DNA of 64,000 nucleotides from Syntrophales bacterium (GCA_963666365.2 CAXXNF010000001.1:160001-224000); one strand, 5' to 3'. Shown: positions 9,208-19,185, counted from the stretch's first letter. The notes: generated from the letters alone by a model not told the origin. Program-made: numbers and translations.

Positions 9208-10272
9208 ATGAAGGACGTATATCAACGATTGGCCGAATTTCTCGATACCCTTCCCCAGCGGTATCCTCTGAACACCGAATCGGGAATCGAATTAAAAATC
9301 CTTAAACACATTTTCACCCCGGAGGATGCGGAATGGTTCATGCGACTCAAACCGGCGCCGGAAACGGCGGAGAAAATTGCCGAACGTATCGGAAAGGACC
9401 CGGAGGAAACCGAAAAGACGCTCTATGACATGTCGAAAAACGGGCTGATCTTCCGCACGGGAAAACCGCGAAACTACCGATACATGGCAACGGCCTTCCT
9501 GGTGGGAATCACCGAGTTTCAGATGAACCGTATGACTCCCGCTCTGGTGAAAGACCTGGAAAAATTCGCGCCGGCTTTGTATGAAGCCACCTGGATGAAG
9601 GGAAAAACGCGAGATCTGCGAACCATCCCTGTCGCCGAAAGCGTATCACCCGATTCCGAAATTATGCCCTATGAAAGTGCCGAGGAGGTGATAAAGTCCG
9701 CCCGACACGTATCCATTTCCGACTGTATGTGCCGCCGAATGAGCGCACTTCTCGACAAACCCTGCGACCGGCCCATGGAGACCTGTTTTCATTTCGGTAG
9801 TGGGACCCACTATTTTGTGGAAAACGGACTCGGTCGCTACATCTCTCAGGAGGAAGCCCTGGCTATCCTGAAAAAAGGCGTTGAGGCAGGTCTGGTCTGT
9901 CAGCTGGGTTCTTCTCAGAATCCCGCTGCTATGTGTATGTGCTGCGATTGCTGCTGCGGAGTTCTAATAGAGTTAAAAAATCATCACGCAAAACCGTCGG
10001 AGCTGGTCAACAGTAACTTCTATGCCGTGGTGGATAAAGACAAATGCACAGGTTGCGAGATCTGTATCGATCGATGCCAGATGGAAGCCATTACCGTCGA
10101 TGATATTGCCCAGGTAAACCTGGACCGCTGTATCGGATGCGGGCTCTGTTCCGTGACGTGCCCCACGGAGGCTATCAAGGTTTACCGCAAGGATAAGGAA
10201 AGGGAATTTATTCCGGAAAGAAATCTGATGGAATCCACCATGGCCATTTACCGGCAGCGGCGGGAAAACTGA
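9208..10272 (+). CDS. Cys-rich 4Fe-4S dicluster protein (paralog of 40344-41399)
   Basis: CMCR, CMCCDCCC and two CxxCxxCxxxC motifs; start at MKDVYQRL after AAAGGGGG. Confidence 0.9.
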   Translation: MKDVYQRLAEFLDTLPQRYPLNTESGIELKILKHIFTPEDAEWFMRLKPAPETAEKIAERIGKDPEETEKTLYDMSKNGLIFRTGKPRNYRYMATAFLVGITEFQMNRMTPALVKDLEKFAPALYEATWMKGKTRDLRTIPVAESVSPDSEIMPYESAEEVIKSARHVSISDCMCRRMSALLDKPCDRPMETCFHFGSGTHYFVENGLGRYISQEEALAILKKGVEAGLVCQLGSSQNPAAMCMCCDCCCGVLIELKNHHAKPSELVNSNFYAVVDKDKCTGCEICIDRCQMEAITVDDIAQVNLDRCIGCGLCSVTCPTEAIKVYRKDKEREFIPERNLMESTMAIYRQRREN

Positions 10273-10370
10273 ACTTTAACAATCGCTTCCAGAACACAAC
10301 ATAAACCGAAACACATGTGGTAAAAATAAAGCTTATCACGCATATAAACCTACAAAAGGAGAAAGTATTC

Positions 10371-11045
10371 ATGGAATTGAAAGAAGCTATAAACAAGCGG
10401 ATCAGCGTCAGAGGCTACAAGACAGACCCTGTTTCTAAAGAGGTATTGGCAGAAGTTATCGAAACCTCTCTTCGTGCACCGTCCGCTATGAACGTTCAAC
10501 CCTGGGAAATCACCATTCTTGCCGGTCAACCACTCGATGAGTTGCGCGCCGCAAATATTGAAAAGCTGAGTACGGGCACGGTGCCCGTTTCGGATTTCGG
10601 ACATTCGAAACCTTATGAAGGGGTCCATAAGGAACGCCAGCGTGCCTTGGGATTCGAACTGTACCGCCTCCTCGGGATCGCGCGGGACGACAAGGGGAAA
10701 CGGATGGAATGGACTATGAAGGGTTTTCGGGGGTTTGATGCTCCGGCCATGATCATCCTGTCGGCCGACGAAAGCCTAGAGTCCCGGCTGGCCAGCTCGG
10801 ATATCGGCGGTCTCATCCAGACCATCTGCCTGGTTGCCCTTGAACACGGCCTGGGCACCTGCATTAACGGGCAGGGAATTATCTTCCCCGATGCGGTCAG
10901 GAAGATTACCGGTATTCCCGATTCGGCAAAAATCTATATATGCATCGCCATCGGCTATCCCGATTGGGAACATCCCGCAAACAAGCTGGTAAGCGATCGA
11001 GAGTCTGTTGAAACCGTCACACGATGGGTTGGTTTTAACCAGTAA
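10371..11045 (+). CDS. Nitroreductase family protein
   Basis: AINKRISVRGY, RAPSAMNVQPW, GLGTC, IAIGYP; AAGGAG RBS. Confidence 0.9.
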   Translation: MELKEAINKRISVRGYKTDPVSKEVLAEVIETSLRAPSAMNVQPWEITILAGQPLDELRAANIEKLSTGTVPVSDFGHSKPYEGVHKERQRALGFELYRLLGIARDDKGKRMEWTMKGFRGFDAPAMIILSADESLESRLASSDIGGLIQTICLVALEHGLGTCINGQGIIFPDAVRKITGIPDSAKIYICIAIGYPDWEHPANKLVSDRESVETVTRWVGFNQ

Positions 11046-11244
11046 TATACCGTTGAGTGAGGGGAATGTAACAGCGAGGTGGCGGCGATCCCACCTGTGG
11101 CGAGGAGTGTTACGGCAATTAGCCCCACAACAAAGGAAAGATTTGTTGATTCGGCTTAGCAGACATCGTTATTGAGATAACGAGTCTTTTCTTCTAGCAA
11201 TGTTTTTTAATCTTCACCAATAATACAAGCGAGAGGAGGAGCAC

Positions 11245-12210
11245 ATGGAGACAACCAACCGTATCATCGATACAAACGGTATCAAAATGCATATTACCGA
11301 GGCGGGTCAGGGACCGCTGGTTATCCTGTGTCACGGGTTCCCGGAGCTGGGATATTCCTGGAGGCATCAGCTCGTGGCACTCGCAGAAGCGGGATATCAC
11401 GGCGTCGCGCCCGACCAGCGGGGGTATGGTAAAACTGAGTGTCCCGAATCTATTGAATCCTACAAGATATTTGACCTGGTTGGCGACATTGTCGGCCTGG
11501 TGCACGCCCTCGGGGAAGACACGGCCGTCATTGCGGGGCATGACTGGGGTTCGCCGGTGGCCTGGAACTGCGCCCTGTTGAGGCCCGACATATTCCACGC
11601 CCTGATTCTTTTAAGCGTCCCCTATGCGCAACGAATCTGGACCGGTATCAAACCCACCGAAGGGATGCAAAAGATGGCGGGAGACAAAAACTTTTATATC
11701 CTCTACTTTCAGGAACCGGGAAAGGTCGAACAGGAGCTGGAAGCGGATGTCAGGAAATCTATCGTAAGCACATTTTATTCACTTTCGGGTGACGCGCCGC
11801 CGGAAGATCGATGGAAGTTTGCATTCGATAAAGAGCAACGCTTCATGGACACGGCATCGATACCTGCGGCGCTGCCGAACTGGCTCACCGAAAAGGACAT
11901 CGACATATTCACCGAGGCCTTTGAACGGACAGGTTTTCGGGGGGGCGTCAACTGGTACCGGAATATCGATAGAAACTGGGAGCTCTCACCCTTTCTCAGC
12001 GGGGCCATGATTCACCAACCCTCTCTGTTCATCGCCGGAGAGCTGGACGGTGTCATCGCCTTTTCCCGCGGGGCATTTGACCGTCTTGAACAATCCATGC
12101 CCAACCTGAAGGAGAAAGTGCTGATACCGGGGGCCGGGCACTGGATCCAGCAGGAGCGCCCCCAGGAGGTGAACGAACGGATGATACATTTTTTAAAAGA
12201 CATCACATAG
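11245..12210 (+). CDS. Epoxide hydrolase (EphA/soluble EH-like alpha/beta hydrolase)
   Basis: HGFPELGYSWRHQ, GHDWG, FYILYFQ and NWYRN tyrosines, GHWIQQE. Confidence 0.9.
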   Translation: METTNRIIDTNGIKMHITEAGQGPLVILCHGFPELGYSWRHQLVALAEAGYHGVAPDQRGYGKTECPESIESYKIFDLVGDIVGLVHALGEDTAVIAGHDWGSPVAWNCALLRPDIFHALILLSVPYAQRIWTGIKPTEGMQKMAGDKNFYILYFQEPGKVEQELEADVRKSIVSTFYSLSGDAPPEDRWKFAFDKEQRFMDTASIPAALPNWLTEKDIDIFTEAFERTGFRGGVNWYRNIDRNWELSPFLSGAMIHQPSLFIAGELDGVIAFSRGAFDRLEQSMPNLKEKVLIPGAGHWIQQERPQEVNERMIHFLKDIT

Positions 12211-12223
12211 AAAGGGGACGACA

Positions 12224-12601
12224 ATGCCTTTTATCATGCCAACTCAGGATCAATTCAAAAAGCTCATGTCCCAGGATTATAAAGGACCGATCGTCATGGT
12301 CAACCTGCTCAAATTCAAGCCCGACGGAGGAGCGGAATCATACCGGAAGTATCAGGAAAACGTTTTGAAGTTGGTGTCGACGAAAGCGATACGGATCACG
12401 CGCATCGTATATCGCGGCACCGGTCTGATGCCGGTCATCGGCGACGAAGAATGGGACGAGATAGCCCTGTATGAGTATCCTTCCATCGACGCCTTTATGG
12501 AAATGAACAGGAACAAGGCCTATCAGGATTCTGTTCACTACCGTACCGAGGCCCTCCTGGATTCGCGACTCTATTGCACTATTCCGGAAGCGGTCGAATA
12601 A
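12224..12601 (+). CDS. DUF1330 family protein, copy 1
   Basis: GPIVMVNLLKF, WDEIALYEYPS, RTEALLDSRL pattern. Confidence 0.8.
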   Translation: MPFIMPTQDQFKKLMSQDYKGPIVMVNLLKFKPDGGAESYRKYQENVLKLVSTKAIRITRIVYRGTGLMPVIGDEEWDEIALYEYPSIDAFMEMNRNKAYQDSVHYRTEALLDSRLYCTIPEAVE

Positions 12602-12624
12602 ATACAAATTACAAGGGAGGAACC

Positions 12625-13686
12625 ATGAACAATTTGGAACTGTACACGAAGTTGGCCGAGCGCCATGACAAGGGGCAACTGGTCGGCGCCCCCATGACCA
12701 AGACGCTCCTGAAGATCTTCATGCACCTGTATACCCCGGAAGAGGCCGAGGTGGCCCTGACGCTTCCCTTCGAGAAGAACCTGTCTCTTAGCGAAGTCAA
12801 CGCCTTGTATCCGGACAAGATCGATCAAATCGAAGCAATACTGGACGGCATGGCAGTGAAAGGCACCGTCTATCGTGACATGAAGCCGGGGAGCGAGAAG
12901 CGGTACCGGCTGCTTCCCTCTCTGGTCGGGTGGCAGGAAACGCCCTTCTGGGGCGGGCAGGAAACCGAACGGACCAAGGCGCTGAGTCCGCTCTACAAGG
13001 AATATCATAAAGAGGCCTTTGCCGCCGAGATGGCCCGGGGCGTGCCGCTGATGCGGGTGATCCCCGTTGATACGTCACTCAAGGAAATTTCCACGATCCT
13101 CCCCTTCGATGTAATCAGGCCCATGGTCGATGCGTCTTCGTATCAGGCGGTAGGTCACTGCCCGTGCCGCGTTATGGCCAGATCCCGAGGCGAAGGCTGT
13201 GACTACTCAACGGAGAACTGCCTCCATTTCGGTAATATGGGGCGGTATATGGTGGCGCATGGCATGGCCAGGGAGATCACAAAAGAAGAAACCATGCAGA
13301 TCGTAAAAGCGGCGGACGACGAAGGGCTGGTCCATATCATCGATAACGTTGACGGGTTCATGCACACCATCTGCAACTGCTGCCCTTGCTGCTGTGCATT
13401 CCTGCGTCCCATCAACGGCAACTGGGGCCTGGACATGCTCTCCTATTCCAATTACCTGGCCGGGGTCGACGGCGATGAGTGTATCGGGTGCGGTGTCTGC
13501 GAGGATCGCTGCCCTATGAGCGCCATCGAGGTCGTCGACGAGGTGGCGCAGGTGAATGAAGCCGTCTGCATCGGCTGCGGGGTCTGTACGGCCACCTGCC
13601 CCACGGAGGCGATCCGTCTCAACCTGAGGAAGGAGGTCAAACCGCCGCCGCAGGTCCATGAATTCGCCGCGGCCAGGTTGAAATAA
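12625..13686 (+). CDS. Cys-rich 4Fe-4S dicluster protein
   Basis: CPCR, CNCCPCCC, CIGCGVCEDRCP, CIGCGVCTATCP; GGAGG RBS. Confidence 0.88.
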   Translation: MNNLELYTKLAERHDKGQLVGAPMTKTLLKIFMHLYTPEEAEVALTLPFEKNLSLSEVNALYPDKIDQIEAILDGMAVKGTVYRDMKPGSEKRYRLLPSLVGWQETPFWGGQETERTKALSPLYKEYHKEAFAAEMARGVPLMRVIPVDTSLKEISTILPFDVIRPMVDASSYQAVGHCPCRVMARSRGEGCDYSTENCLHFGNMGRYMVAHGMAREITKEETMQIVKAADDEGLVHIIDNVDGFMHTICNCCPCCCAFLRPINGNWGLDMLSYSNYLAGVDGDECIGCGVCEDRCPMSAIEVVDEVAQVNEAVCIGCGVCTATCPTEAIRLNLRKEVKPPPQVHEFAAARLK

Positions 13687-13801
13687 GCACCCATTGATTC
13701 TTCCGGCACGAGGACAGACCATGCTTTCCGGAAAAGAGCACCATATAATGGAAGGACACGAGTGGAGAACATCATTTAGCCTTAAGACCTGAATGTACAT
13801 T

Positions 13802-14125
13802 CTCCAATATGAATGGGTGATGGCAAAAAGCATGAATTCTAATGATTTCATGGAAGCGGTAGGGGCATTTATGGAGAAATGCGCTCCGAATTTCACCGAG
13901 ACCTGTTCACCTATCTTTTGTGAAAATGATCAAGAAGAGTCAAAACATGCCGGATGAACAGCGTGAGGCACAGATCAGGGTCGTGACCGGCCATCCCAAC
14001 ACCGAAGAGGAAACCAGGGCCAGGACCTGATATTCTCAATCGCCACCTGGCAGCAGGGACCGCTGGTGATCCTGGTTCACGGGTTTCCCGACCTGATGGT
14101 ACGGTTTTTAACGAATCTTAAATAA
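13802..14125 (+). pseudogene. Mosaic of remnants: enoyl-CoA hydratase C-terminus, flavodoxin-like C-terminus, collapsed epoxide hydrolase
   Basis: SNDFMEAVGAFMEKCAPNFT (13802-13900); IKKSQNMPDEQ...TGHPNTEEETRA (13926-14030); QGPLVILVHGFPDL-MVRFLTNLK* (14054-14125). Confidence 0.6.
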
Positions 14126-14138
14126 AGGAGGAATAACG

Positions 14139-14519
14139 ATGGCTTTTATCATGCCAACTCAGGATCAATTCAAACAGCTCATGTCCCAGGATTATAAAGG
14201 ACCGATCGTCATGGTCAACCTGCTCAAATTCAAGCCCGACGGAGGGGCGGAATCATACCGGAAGTATCAGGAAAACGTTTTGAAGTTGGTGTCGACGAAA
14301 GCGATAAAGCTAACCCGCATCGTGTATCGCGGCAACGGTCTGATGCCGGTCATCGGCGACGAGGAATGGGACGAGATAGCCCTGTATGAGTATCCGTCCA
14401 TCGACGCCTTTATGGAAATGAACAGGAGCAAGGCCTATCAGGATGCCCTTCACTACCGCACCGAGGCCCTCCTGGATTCGCGGCTCTACTGCACCATTCC
14501 CGAAGGGAGTAATACGTGA
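14139..14519 (+). CDS. DUF1330 family protein, copy 2
   Basis: Differs from copy 1 at 8 residues plus the C-terminal tail. Confidence 0.82.
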   Translation: MAFIMPTQDQFKQLMSQDYKGPIVMVNLLKFKPDGGAESYRKYQENVLKLVSTKAIKLTRIVYRGNGLMPVIGDEEWDEIALYEYPSIDAFMEMNRSKAYQDALHYRTEALLDSRLYCTIPEGSNT

Positions 14520-14528
14520 ATCCAACTT

Positions 14529-14664
14529 TTGACAGCCTCGTAAAAAGTCAAATTTCGCCTCTTTTGTCATTCCGTGCTTGACACGGAATCCATTTTTTCA
14601 AGAACTTCTGGATACCGACTTTCGCCGGTATGACGACTTGGGGGACTTTTTACGAAACCATCAA
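14529..14664. repeat. MITE/REP-like palindromic element
   Basis: Terminal inverted repeats TTGACAGCCTCGTAAAAAGTC / GACTTTTTACGAAACCATCAA enclosing GTCATTCCGTGCTTGACACGGAATCCA and TGGATACCG...CGGTATGAC hairpins. Confidence 0.75.
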
Positions 14665-14719
14665 CTTTTTGTTGATACCACATACCATTTGAAGAAAATA
14701 CCATTCGAGGAGGTTTAGT

Positions 14720-15535
14720 ATGTCAAACATGAAAGAATTTCAGGAGGCCGGGCAGACGCTGTATGACAAGATTCACCTGTCCAGTATGCCAATTGCCATC
14801 AAGTACATCAAAGATGTATCGGAGATAGAGGGTGAAAAAATCATGCGCCCCTCGGCCATAGGCGAGGAATGGTCTTTGTGCCAGGGTTTTACCTATGCCC
14901 GCCGCTGGGGTTGGAATGTGGCCATGACCGCTCAGGATAACTTCTGTGTCCCCGGCTCCGCCGGTCTCGGCTGGACGGATATATCCGAAGAGGACCGGTT
15001 TGAGAGTCAGATAAGACAGGGATGGCATAAGGACGCCGATGCGGAACGGCGGGTTTTTGATTTCACCCTGAGATTGTTCGGAGATCAGGTTGAAAAAAGA
15101 AAGGAATATAAAGGGTTCATACTGTCACCCCTACCCAGGACTATCATCGTTCCCGATACGGTTTTGATTTACGGCAATGCGGAACAGATAACCCACATCG
15201 TTCAGGCCCTGGTCTACGAAGGCCGTAATTTCCCGCAATCAGGATACTGGGGCTTTGGGGAATCCTGCATGAAGGGCGGGCTGGCCCCCTTCCTGACCCA
15301 GGTACCCCAGATTGTCATGCCCGGTACGGGAGACCGGACCTTTTCCGGTGTTTTCGACTACGAGATCGCCATCGGCCTGCCGGGGGCGATGATATGTGAC
15401 GCCGTCTCCAACCTGTTTAAAACGGGCGGCCGTTTAAATATGGGGATGCCGGTCAAGACCCTTCTGGCAAGGGGCATCAAGGCCAAGCTGACGCCGGGTT
15501 TTGATTTTTTACGGAAGAAATATGGGAAGGATTGA
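14720..15535 (+). CDS. DUF169 family protein 1
   Basis: PIAIKY, LCQGFTYARRWG, DNFC, PDTVLIYGN, GFGESC, PGTGDR. Confidence 0.75.
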   Translation: MSNMKEFQEAGQTLYDKIHLSSMPIAIKYIKDVSEIEGEKIMRPSAIGEEWSLCQGFTYARRWGWNVAMTAQDNFCVPGSAGLGWTDISEEDRFESQIRQGWHKDADAERRVFDFTLRLFGDQVEKRKEYKGFILSPLPRTIIVPDTVLIYGNAEQITHIVQALVYEGRNFPQSGYWGFGESCMKGGLAPFLTQVPQIVMPGTGDRTFSGVFDYEIAIGLPGAMICDAVSNLFKTGGRLNMGMPVKTLLARGIKAKLTPGFDFLRKKYGKD

Positions 15536-15662
15536 ACACGTTAAACCGATGGCCAGCCGGAGTAGTTATTCCGTGCAAATCCGGACTGTTACACGGAAAA
15601 GCGGAAGGGGGAACGCACGGACGCCCCTCGCTCATACGATATGACATAAGAAGGAGGAAGAC

Positions 15663-16502
15663 ATGGAATTGGAACAATATCGTGAAGTGGGAAATGATTT
15701 GTATCACCGGCTGCATCTGCCTACATACCCGGTGGCGGTCAAGTTCATACAGAGTGAGGATGAGATACCCCCGGAGGCCATCCGGCCCTCAGCAGGCGGT
15801 CAGAAATGGGCGCTCTGCCAGGCCTTCACCTATGCCCGGCGCCATGGCATGCATTCAGCCATGACGGATAAAGACAACTTTTGCGTTCCTTCGTCCGTTT
15901 CAATGGGGTGGGTCGAGGTGCCGATGAAGGGACTGTTCGAGAGTCAGATCCGGCAGGGATGGCATAAGGATCGAGCCGCCGAGAAGCGGAAATTCGATTT
16001 CATCGCGAATACCCTGTACGGCGGCCCGGAAGGTCAGGAGCGCTTATATAAGATGAGTCAGTATATGGGATTCATCTGCTCCCCACTGAACACAACCATC
16101 GTGATACCGGACAGTGTGCTTATCTACGGCGACAACGGACACATCTCCCATCTGATCCAGGCCCTGGTCTACGACTACACCGAACCGGTCACCTCATCAT
16201 TCGAGGGTTTTGGTGAATCCTGCATGAAAGGCGCCCTTCTCCCCTTCATTACCGGAAAGCCGCAGGTCGTCACCCCCGGCATGGGAGACATGGCATTTTC
16301 CGGAACAACGGTCAATGAACTGGCTGTCGGGATCCCCGGCCCGGCTGTGGGTCAGGTGAATGAATATTTGTTCAAGACCGGCGGTCGTCAGAACATGGGA
16401 TTCCCGTTGAAAAGCATGCTGGCCATGGGAGTAACGGAGTCCATAACCCCCGGGTTCAAGTATCTGAGAGAGATTGTGGAGAAGCAGCAGGATAAATCTT
16501 GA
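15663..16502 (+). CDS. DUF169 family protein 2
   Basis: PVAVKF, LCQAFTYARRHG, DNFC, PDSVLIYG, GFGESC, PGMGD. Confidence 0.75.
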   Translation: MELEQYREVGNDLYHRLHLPTYPVAVKFIQSEDEIPPEAIRPSAGGQKWALCQAFTYARRHGMHSAMTDKDNFCVPSSVSMGWVEVPMKGLFESQIRQGWHKDRAAEKRKFDFIANTLYGGPEGQERLYKMSQYMGFICSPLNTTIVIPDSVLIYGDNGHISHLIQALVYDYTEPVTSSFEGFGESCMKGALLPFITGKPQVVTPGMGDMAFSGTTVNELAVGIPGPAVGQVNEYLFKTGGRQNMGFPLKSMLAMGVTESITPGFKYLREIVEKQQDKS

Positions 16503-16553
16503 AGACAAACGGGCAGCTGTTCCTGTTTTACGCTGGTGCCCAAGGAGACAACC

Positions 16554-17366
16554 ATGAAATCTATTGAGAGTTATCAGGAGGCAGGCCGGGAGATTTGGAA
16601 CGACCTGAGGCTCGCGACCCATCCGGTGACGATAACATATATCAAAGATGAATCTGAAATTCCTGACGACTTTATCCGGCCATCCAAAACAGGAGAGAGC
16701 TGGGCTCTGTGCCAGGCCATCACCTTTGCCCGAAGCAACCGGTTACAAAGCGCCATGACGAAGGAGGATAATTTCTGTGTCCCCAGTTCGTATGGGCAGG
16801 GTTGGTTAAAACTGCCTTATAAGGAATTTGTCGAAAGTCAGATATTAAATCAATGGCGCAAGGACTACGAATCCGAGATGCGCTGTCACTTGGCATCCGG
16901 TGCTGATTATGCCTCCACGGCAAACCTGAAGAAGGCAATGGAACATGTTGGTTTTCTGGTGGCGCCACTTACCAGCACCCCTTTCATACCCGACTCAATC
17001 ATCTTTTACGGTAATCCCGGACAGGTTTCACATATTGTTCAGGCCTTGAGTTATGAGGGAAAACATGTGATCACATCCATCTTCAACGGATTTGGTGAAT
17101 CCTGTTGCAAAGGGGCATTAAAACCGTTTTTAACCGGAACACCTGAAGTTATCCTCCCCGGGGTCGGCGACAAATATGTCTCCGGGACCCAGGATGATGA
17201 AATGGCCGTGAGCATACCCGGCACCCTCTTGTCCGATCTCAAAGAAAACCTGTTTAAGACCGGGGGCGAAGCACTGGAGCAGGGCTATCCTTATAAGAAA
17301 ATCCGAAAGCCCCTTGATCACACCTGGTTGCCCGGGTGGGACTATCTGAAAAAGAAATTCTTTTAG
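16554..17366 (+). CDS. DUF169 family protein 3
   Basis: LCQAITFAR, DNFC, PDSIIFYGNP, GFGESC, PGVGD; AAGGAG RBS before ATG 16554. Confidence 0.75.
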   Translation: MKSIESYQEAGREIWNDLRLATHPVTITYIKDESEIPDDFIRPSKTGESWALCQAITFARSNRLQSAMTKEDNFCVPSSYGQGWLKLPYKEFVESQILNQWRKDYESEMRCHLASGADYASTANLKKAMEHVGFLVAPLTSTPFIPDSIIFYGNPGQVSHIVQALSYEGKHVITSIFNGFGESCCKGALKPFLTGTPEVILPGVGDKYVSGTQDDEMAVSIPGTLLSDLKENLFKTGGEALEQGYPYKKIRKPLDHTWLPGWDYLKKKFF

Positions 17367-17446
17367 GGATGGATACAGGGAATGTCAATGGGCTCTGGAG
17401 ATCAGAGCCAGTCGAAAAGGATCATATGTTTGAGGGAGGGATTTTC

Positions 17447-17692
17447 ATGAGAAATTATATTATCGGGCTGTTAACCGGTATCGCTGCAGGGCTCATGTGT
17501 GGTGCCACTCCCCCGCCTGCCTGGTACCTGTCGCTGTTCTTTGTGGCGGGAAGTGGTCTGGTGGCCTTCGGGCTCGATGTCTTTTTCGGATCACGTGAGG
17601 AACATCAATCACGGGCCGCATGGATGGGGTTGACTCTGTTCGGCGTGCCCGGTTTTGTTTTTCTCTCGATTGTGTGGAGATTCGGGTTTTAG
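17447..17692 (+). CDS. rdhB: Small 3-TM protein, reductive dehalogenase membrane anchor-like
   Basis: 81 aa, hydrophobic; IIGL..G / WY...G..L..F / S.EE...AA.M....FG.P pattern recalled from Dehalococcoidia-type RdhB; immediately upstream of rdhA. Confidence 0.7.
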   Translation: MRNYIIGLLTGIAAGLMCGATPPPAWYLSLFFVAGSGLVAFGLDVFFGSREEHQSRAAWMGLTLFGVPGFVFLSIVWRFGF

Positions 17693-17841
17693 GTTTTTCT
17701 TGCCCCTTTTTCCGGGCTGGCGCAGCGTGAAGTTGCCAGCCCCGCGCACATGCCCGTATGCGGGTATTCAAAGTTTGCACTGTAAGGTGACCTGAAAACC
17801 GGGAATGTAGATTCAACAGATCACAAGCAGGAGATATTCAA

Positions 17842-19185
17842 ATGGAAAAAATGACAAGCGATGTGAATAACGGATTCAACGATCCGGCAACCATACCCCA
17901 CGGGTATGTCTATCGAAGTCAAAAGGGGCGCTATCCCTGGTGGGTTAATTCTGTGGATAAAATCACAACGCCGGTGGATGTTTCGACATGGGAGCGCAAG
18001 ACCACCGACATGATTCTGATGACGCAAGTGATGCAGGGCCCCTTGCGTGAGGAAGGTCTTACCAGGCTCGAAAAGGGGCGTGCCCGGATGCTTGAAAAAA
18101 TGCGGAGCAATGCACCGGGCTCAAGAATCCAGGATTTTGCATTGCATTACGCATCGGAAACCTATTTTGCAGCAGGGACCGATATGTTTACATTGAGTCT
18201 TATCATGAAGTTTCTGAAGATTAATGAGATTGTCGGTACGCTGATTCATCCGCCGGATGAGCTCGGCGTTCCCCGCTGGGAGGGATCGGAGAAGGAAGCT
18301 TCAGCGATGGTCGAGGCCGCGGGGATTCACCTGGGGGCATCACAGGTGGGCTTTACGGGTCTCAACCCCTGGTGTCTTGAAGCAAACGTTCACATCAGCA
18401 GTTCCGTTGAAAAGATCAAGACCACCGAAGATGGTCAGGTATTGGTGCCGGAGGATATGAAATACGTAATCGTCCTGGCCGCCCAGGTCCCTATGGAAGC
18501 CCAGTACAGGGCCCCAAGTCAGATCGGTGATGCCGCTGACAGAAGCGGGTATGAAAACCGCCAAATGGCGATGGAGAGAATGATCAATTTTATCCGCGGC
18601 CTGGGCTACAAGGCCAAACCGATACCGGGAATGATACCTCCGGTCATCCCCCTCGCACTTATGGCGGGCCTGGGGGAAATGGGTCGCATGAACCGCCTGA
18701 TTTCACCGCTATATGGGGGCGCTATCCGTCTGGAAGCGCTCGTGACGGACCTGCCTTTGGCTCTGGATAAACCCATAGATTTTGGGTTACAGGAGTTTTG
18801 CAGAGGATGTAAAAAGTGCGCCAGGGCCTGCCCGGCTAATGCTCTCAGCATGGATGATGACCCTTCCTGGGAACCAAAAGGCGTGTATTCCACTCCTGGC
18901 AAGAAGGTCTGGTATGATGACGGTGAGCGCTGTTCAAGCTACAGCGCCAGTACGCATATCTACTGCGGGGCCTGTCTGGGGGCCTGCCCATGGAATAAAG
19001 ACAACAAGACGGCTCTTCACTCGGTGTCCAGGGCAATGGGGGCAACAATGCCGTCTCTGTCCCCGTTTATGGTTTTCATGGATGATCTGTTCGGGTACGG
19101 TCTCGTCCCGGAACAGAGGATGAACGAATGGTGGGACCTGAAACTTCCGAACAAGGGATTCGACAGTAGCAGAACCCGGTCGTGA
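17842..19185 (+). CDS. rdhA: Reductive dehalogenase catalytic subunit-like protein, no Tat signal
   Basis: PWWV, LGVPRWEG, GASQVG, AGLGEMGR, TDLPL..DKPIDFG, FCRGCKKCARACP and C-x10-CGACLGACPW Fe-S motifs. Confidence 0.88.
   Translation: MEKMTSDVNNGFNDPATIPHGYVYRSQKGRYPWWVNSVDKITTPVDVSTWERKTTDMILMTQVMQGPLREEGLTRLEKGRARMLEKMRSNAPGSRIQDFALHYASETYFAAGTDMFTLSLIMKFLKINEIVGTLIHPPDELGVPRWEGSEKEASAMVEAAGIHLGASQVGFTGLNPWCLEANVHISSSVEKIKTTEDGQVLVPEDMKYVIVLAAQVPMEAQYRAPSQIGDAADRSGYENRQMAMERMINFIRGLGYKAKPIPGMIPPVIPLALMAGLGEMGRMNRLISPLYGGAIRLEALVTDLPLALDKPIDFGLQEFCRGCKKCARACPANALSMDDDPSWEPKGVYSTPGKKVWYDDGERCSSYSASTHIYCGACLGACPWNKDNKTALHSVSRAMGATMPSLSPFMVFMDDLFGYGLVPEQRMNEWWDLKLPNKGFDSSRTRS

Noticed and set aside
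17842..19185. Epoxyqueuosine reductase QueG
   Set aside because: N-terminal PWWV/GVPRWEG segments, the DKPIDFG motif and the RdhB-like neighbour fit RdhA better.
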